Assembly (NCBI GenBank): GCA_963823475.1
Contig: CAWGLS010000002.1
Span: 96,143-160,142, forward strand
From: an uncultured beta proteobacterium
GTDB lineage: Bacteria; Pseudomonadota; Gammaproteobacteria; Burkholderiales; Casimicrobiaceae
Reading direction: 5' to 3'
Length of the DNA: 64,000 nucleotides
Part shown: in pieces, positions 60,346 to 64,000 of the stretch
Numbering within the stretch: position 1 is the stretch's first letter
How the letters are laid out: each line of letters starts with the position of its first letter
Position numbers and translations under genes: made by a program
Notes under the pieces: model-generated
Database searches by the model: none
Seen by the model: the letters and a program-made list of their open reading frames with translations, nothing else
Told to the model about the DNA's origin: nothing

Positions 60346-60969
60346 TTCGGAAGGGCTTGGGGTTGCATCGTGCCATTGACGCGGGAGCGCAGCTTCAGCG
60401 TCTTGGCCTTGTTGTCGAGTTCGAGTCCGACAGACCGGATTATTCCACGAGGCTCCTCGATCGTCACCGCCTTGTCGGTGCGCGCGATTTCCTTGTCCGG
60501 GAATCACGTGGAGGTATTCCGTCGTCACCGTTACCGGACCTGCCGGGCTTTCGCCGGGCGACGTCGGGCCGGCTTCCCGCACCGCGCGGACGTTGCCGGT
60601 GAAGAATACCTCCTTGCGGTCGCCCGAGAGCTTGCCGTGCGCCGCCGTGACCCGGAACGCCGGCTTTCCCGCTTCGGTCTGCGCGAGCACGGGCTCGGTG
60701 AACTCCGTCGTCTGATCGTCGCCGAAGTGCAACGCGCGCTTGCCGGCGATCGTCTGCGTCGGGCGGCCGTTCGCGTCGAGCGTGACCGAACTGAATCCGT
60801 CGACGAAGATGTCGGGGTCGTGCCGCGCCGAGCCGTCGCGATGCGGCGCCGGCGGCTGCACCTGCGCATCCAGCCAATAGGTCAAGGCGGCGAGGGCGCC
60901 CAGCAGCAGCACGGGCGACCACGACGTGACGCGGTCGACGATCGAGCGGGCGGTGGCGTCGCGCGGCAT
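60342..60969 (-). CDS. lptC: LPS export protein LptC, frameshifted ~150 bp before its native stop
   Basis: ORF 59713..60969 reads straight through lptC into lptA. The conserved LptC C-terminus (DKEIARTDKAVTIEEPRGIIRSVGLELDNKAKTLKLRSRVNGTMQPQALPK-stop) is present in a +1 frame from ~60500. Confidence 0.8.
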
Positions 60970-60979
60970 GGACTTGACT

Positions 60980-61507
60980 TCAAGCCGCGCGCGGCGGCAC
61001 GCCGGCCGGCGTGTGGCCCTGCGCGGCGAGGATCAGTTCCGCGATTTCGCGCACGGCGCCGGCACCGCCTTCGCGCGCCGTGACGTAGTGCGCCTGGTCG
61101 CGCACCGCAGCCGGCGCGTGGGGAACGGTCACCGCGAAGCCGCAGGCATTGAAGATCGCGACATCCGGCAGGTCGTCGCCGATGTGCGCGCAATGCTCGG
61201 GCGCGATGCCGAGCTGCGCGCGCAGCGCGTTCCACGCGTGAAGCTTGTCGGCGACGTCCAGCACGACGTGCGCGATGTTGAGCCGGCGCGCCCGGTGCGT
61301 CACTGCGGGCGCGGCGCTGCCGGTGATCCACGCGACGACGATGCCCGCGCGCGCGAGGAGGTTGAGACCGACGCCGTCCAGGGCCGAGAACGCCTTCATC
61401 TCGTGGCCGTGATCGTCGATGTAGATCCTGCCGTCGGTCAGCACGCCGTCGACATCGCAGGAGAGCAGACGCACGCGGCGCGCGCGGACCAGTGCGTCCG
61501 TGGGCAT
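60980..61507 (-). CDS. kdsC: 3-deoxy-D-manno-octulosonate 8-phosphate phosphatase KdsC
   Basis: MPTDALVRARRVRLLSCDVDGVLTDGRIY…; HAD-IIIA family. Confidence 0.92.
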   Translation of the reverse strand: MPTDALVRARRVRLLSCDVDGVLTDGRIYIDDHGHEMKAFSALDGVGLNLLARAGIVVAWITGSAAPAVTHRARRLNIAHVVLDVADKLHAWNALRAQLGIAPEHCAHIGDDLPDVAIFNACGFAVTVPHAPAAVRDQAHYVTAREGGAGAVREIAELILAAQGHTPAGVPPRAA

Positions 61508-61512
61508 GGCGG

Positions 61513-62544
61513 TCAGACGATCCTGGCGCGGAAGAGGTCGTGCAGGTGCAGCGCGCCCACCAGCCGGCCCTCGTCGTCGACGACGAGCAATTGCGACACC
61601 TTGGGCGGCGTCTCCATCGTCTCGACGCAGTCGACGGCGAGCTGCTGCGCGCGGACGATGCGCGGCGTCCGCGTCATCACCTGCGAAACCGGCACCGCGC
61701 CGACGTCGCGGACGCGATCCAGGCAGCGGCGCAGGTCGCCGTCGGTGAAGATCCCGGCCACGCGGACGTCGGCATCGATCACCGCGGTCATGCCCATGCC
61801 CTTGCGGCTCATCTCGACGATGGCGTCGGCCAGCGTGGCATCGAGCGGGGACACCGGCAACGCGGCGCCCGTGCGCATGATGTCGGACACGCGCGTGAAC
61901 AGCCGGCGGCCGAGCGTGCCGCCCGGATGCGAGCGCGCGAAGTCTTCCGCGGAAAAGCCGCGCGCGTCGAGCAACGCCAGCGCCAGCGCGTCGCCGAGCG
62001 CGAGCGCCGCCGTCGTGCTCGCCGTTGGCGCCAGTCCGAGCGGGCAGGCCTCGGTGTCGACGGCCGCATCGAGATGAATGTCGGCGGCATGCGCGAGCGA
62101 GCTCTGCTCGTTGCCGGTGAGCGCGATCAGCCTGGCGCCTTCGCGCTTCAGGTGCGGCGTCAGCGTGACGAGCTCGTCGGTCTCGCCGGAGTTCGACAGC
62201 ATGACGACGACATCGTCGGGCGTGATCATGCCGAGGTCGCCGTGCGAGGCCTCGGTCGGATGCACGAAGAACGCGGGCGTGCCCGTCGATGCCAGCGTGG
62301 CGGCGAGCTTGCGGCCGACGTGACCGGATTTGCCGATGCCGCTGACGACGACGCGGCCGCGGCAGTTGAGGATCAGCTCCACGGCGGCGACGAACGGCGC
62401 CCCGATGCGGGCGGCGACCGCGGTGATCGCGCTCGCTTCGGTGACGAGCACCTGCCGGGCGAGCGCCAGCGCGCGTGCGGCATCGACGGCCTTCGTTCCC
62501 GCCGCTTTGGTCGCCTCGTCCGGAACCCGGCTGTTCATCGGCAC
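61513..62544 (-). CDS. kdsD: Arabinose-5-phosphate isomerase KdsD
   Basis: SIS domain (VVVSGIGKSGHVGRK) plus tandem CBS domains. Confidence 0.95.
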   Translation of the reverse strand: MPMNSRVPDEATKAAGTKAVDAARALALARQVLVTEASAITAVAARIGAPFVAAVELILNCRGRVVVSGIGKSGHVGRKLAATLASTGTPAFFVHPTEASHGDLGMITPDDVVVMLSNSGETDELVTLTPHLKREGARLIALTGNEQSSLAHAADIHLDAAVDTEACPLGLAPTASTTAALALGDALALALLDARGFSAEDFARSHPGGTLGRRLFTRVSDIMRTGAALPVSPLDATLADAIVEMSRKGMGMTAVIDADVRVAGIFTDGDLRRCLDRVRDVGAVPVSQVMTRTPRIVRAQQLAVDCVETMETPPKVSQLLVVDDEGRLVGALHLHDLFRARIV

Positions 62545-62793
62545 AGTATAACTGCGGCGTCGTGGGTGGCCACGGCCGCACGGTCACTGCCCTTGTCGAT
62601 GGCGGTTGATCGACTCGCGCGCATGTGGGGCGCGGGCAGCCAGTGCACAGACCTTCCGGTCCTGTACGCAAATAGCGCCGGGCCGCCCCAAGCCATTTGT
62701 GCTGACTTATGATTGTCCCGGGACCCAGATCTTCGCGCCCGCCAGCGTGGCAAGCGGAGAAGGTGTCTCGCGCTTGAGATCTGGTCACGTTTC

Positions 62794-64000
62794 ATGCCCC
62801 AATCGCTCATACTGATCATCACCCTGCTTGCGGCGGCCGTCGTCGTCGTCGTCGTGTGCCGCCTGGTGCGTCTGCCGCCGATCGTCGGCTACCTGCTGGT
62901 CGGCGTGGCGGTCGGTCCGTTTGCGCTCGCCTGGGTGCCGTATGACGACACGACCCGCTATGTCGGTGAGTTCGGCGTCGTCTTCCTGATGTTCTCGATC
63001 GGCCTCGAGTTCAGCCTGCCGCAGTTGCGCGCGATGGGCCACGCCGTGTTCGGCCTTGGACTCGCGCAGGTCGCGATCACCACGGTAGGGGCGATGGTCG
63101 TGCTGCATTTCGTCGGCTACGGCTGGCAGGCCGGGCTCGTGCTCGGCGGCGCCCTCGCGATGAGTTCGACGGCCATCGTGTCGAAGATGCTCGCCGAGCG
63201 GATGGAGCTCGGGACGCCGCACGGCCGTGAAATCATGGGGATCCTGCTGTTCCAGGACCTGGCGGTCGTCGCATTCCTGATCGTCATCCCGTCGCTGTCG
63301 AAGTCCGGCGGCGAATTGGCCACGGCGCTGCTGATCGCGGCGATCAAGGCGGCGGCGGCGCTGGCCGTCATCCTGTTCCTCGGCCAGAAGCCGATGCGCG
63401 CGTGGTTCCATCTCGTCGCGAGCCAGCGCTCGTCGGAGCTTTTCGTACTCAACGTGCTGCTGGTCACGCTGGGGTTGGGCGCGCTGACCGAGTCGCTCGG
63501 GCTCTCGCTCGCGCTCGGCGCGTTCCTGGCCGGCATGCTGATCGCCGAGACGGAATACCGCTATCAGGTCGAGGAGGACATCAAGCCGTTCCGCGACGTG
63601 CTGCTGGGACTGTTCTTCATCACCGTCGGCATGGCGCTCGACATGAAGGTCGTGCTGGGGAATTTGGGCTGGGTGCTGCTGCTGGTGCTCGTGCCGGTGG
63701 TCGTCAAGCTGGTGCTGATCGTGGCGCTGGCCCGGGCGTTCCGCGCGCAGCTCGCCACCGCGCTGCGCGTCGGCTTCTATCTCGCGCAGGCCGGCGAACT
63801 CGCGCTCGTCATGCTGGCGCTGGCCTTCCAGAACAGGATCCTGCCGGAAAACCTGCTGCAGCCGGTGCTGGCCGCGATGATCATCTCGATGCTGCTGGCA
63901 CCGGTGGTCATCGAGTTCGGCGAGCCGCTGGTGCGCAAGCTGACGGCCAACGATTGGCTCGCGCGCGCGGCGCAGGTCACGCAGATCGCGGCGCGAACGA
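62794..64000 (+). CDS. Monovalent cation:proton antiporter-2 (CPA2, KefB/KefC-like) transporter; 3' end lies outside the window
   Basis: MPQSLILIITLLAAAVVVVVVCRLVRLPPIVGYLLVGVAVGPF… is a polytopic Na_H_Exchanger-type domain. It is not in the supplied ORF table because the window ends before its stop codon. Confidence 0.8.
   Translation, partial: MPQSLILIITLLAAAVVVVVVCRLVRLPPIVGYLLVGVAVGPFALAWVPYDDTTRYVGEFGVVFLMFSIGLEFSLPQLRAMGHAVFGLGLAQVAITTVGAMVVLHFVGYGWQAGLVLGGALAMSSTAIVSKMLAERMELGTPHGREIMGILLFQDLAVVAFLIVIPSLSKSGGELATALLIAAIKAAAALAVILFLGQKPMRAWFHLVASQRSSELFVLNVLLVTLGLGALTESLGLSLALGAFLAGMLIAETEYRYQVEEDIKPFRDVLLGLFFITVGMALDMKVVLGNLGWVLLLVLVPVVVKLVLIVALARAFRAQLATALRVGFYLAQAGELALVMLALAFQNRILPENLLQPVLAAMIISMLLAPVVIEFGEPLVRKLTANDWLARAAQVTQIAART

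Noticed and set aside
60342-60969. An LptC-LptA fusion protein (single 418-aa ORF 59713..60969)
   Set aside because: The native LptC C-terminus and stop are present in the +1 frame and overlap a GTG start for lptA. The read-through is the by-product of a single-base frameshift.
1-64000. Prophage, integrase, transposase, toxin-antitoxin or restriction-modification genes as the source of the rearrangements
   Set aside because: No ORF in the window has recognisable similarity to such proteins. Mobile activity is inferred only from non-coding repeats.

Overview
The window is 64 kb of very GC-rich (~68-70%) chromosomal DNA, betaproteobacterial and most likely Burkholderia-like, consisting almost entirely of core housekeeping genes. 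Those genes are an ABC exporter fragment, a PLD-like gene, holA-lptE-leuS, a DsbD/thioredoxin redox pair, hslU, two tandem Cu/Zn-SOD paralogs, fabI, an acyl-CoA synthetase, RNase P RNA, pyrC, dksA, sodB, hslV, a UbiH-like monooxygenase, DsbC, fpr, pepN, ybgC-tolQRA, ruvCAB, yebC, sugE, ubiX and the conserved kdsD-kdsC-lptC-lptA-lptB-rpoN-hpf-ptsN-hprK-rapZ locus. No transposase, phage, CRISPR-cas or defence gene was recognised. The non-routine content is structural. At least 12 genes are interrupted by frameshifts, including the essential holA and lptC, which means either pseudogene decay or indel-prone sequence. Several repeat families are present: GGGGTCAGAGC-type palindromic clusters, a GC-rich CCCCC-T-GGGGGG family that includes a 7 x 87-bp tandem array between lptA and lptB, and a ~300-bp MITE-like element. 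A ~28-nt motif recurs at four loci, and conserved synteny is broken twice: hslV and hslU lie 12.7 kb apart on opposite strands, and tolQRA lacks tolB-pal. The best candidate for an uncharacterised functional module is an SPFH protein with a C-terminal excisionase-type HTH, followed by a DUF4019 secreted protein and a multi-zinc-ribbon membrane protein at 31.2-33.9 kb.
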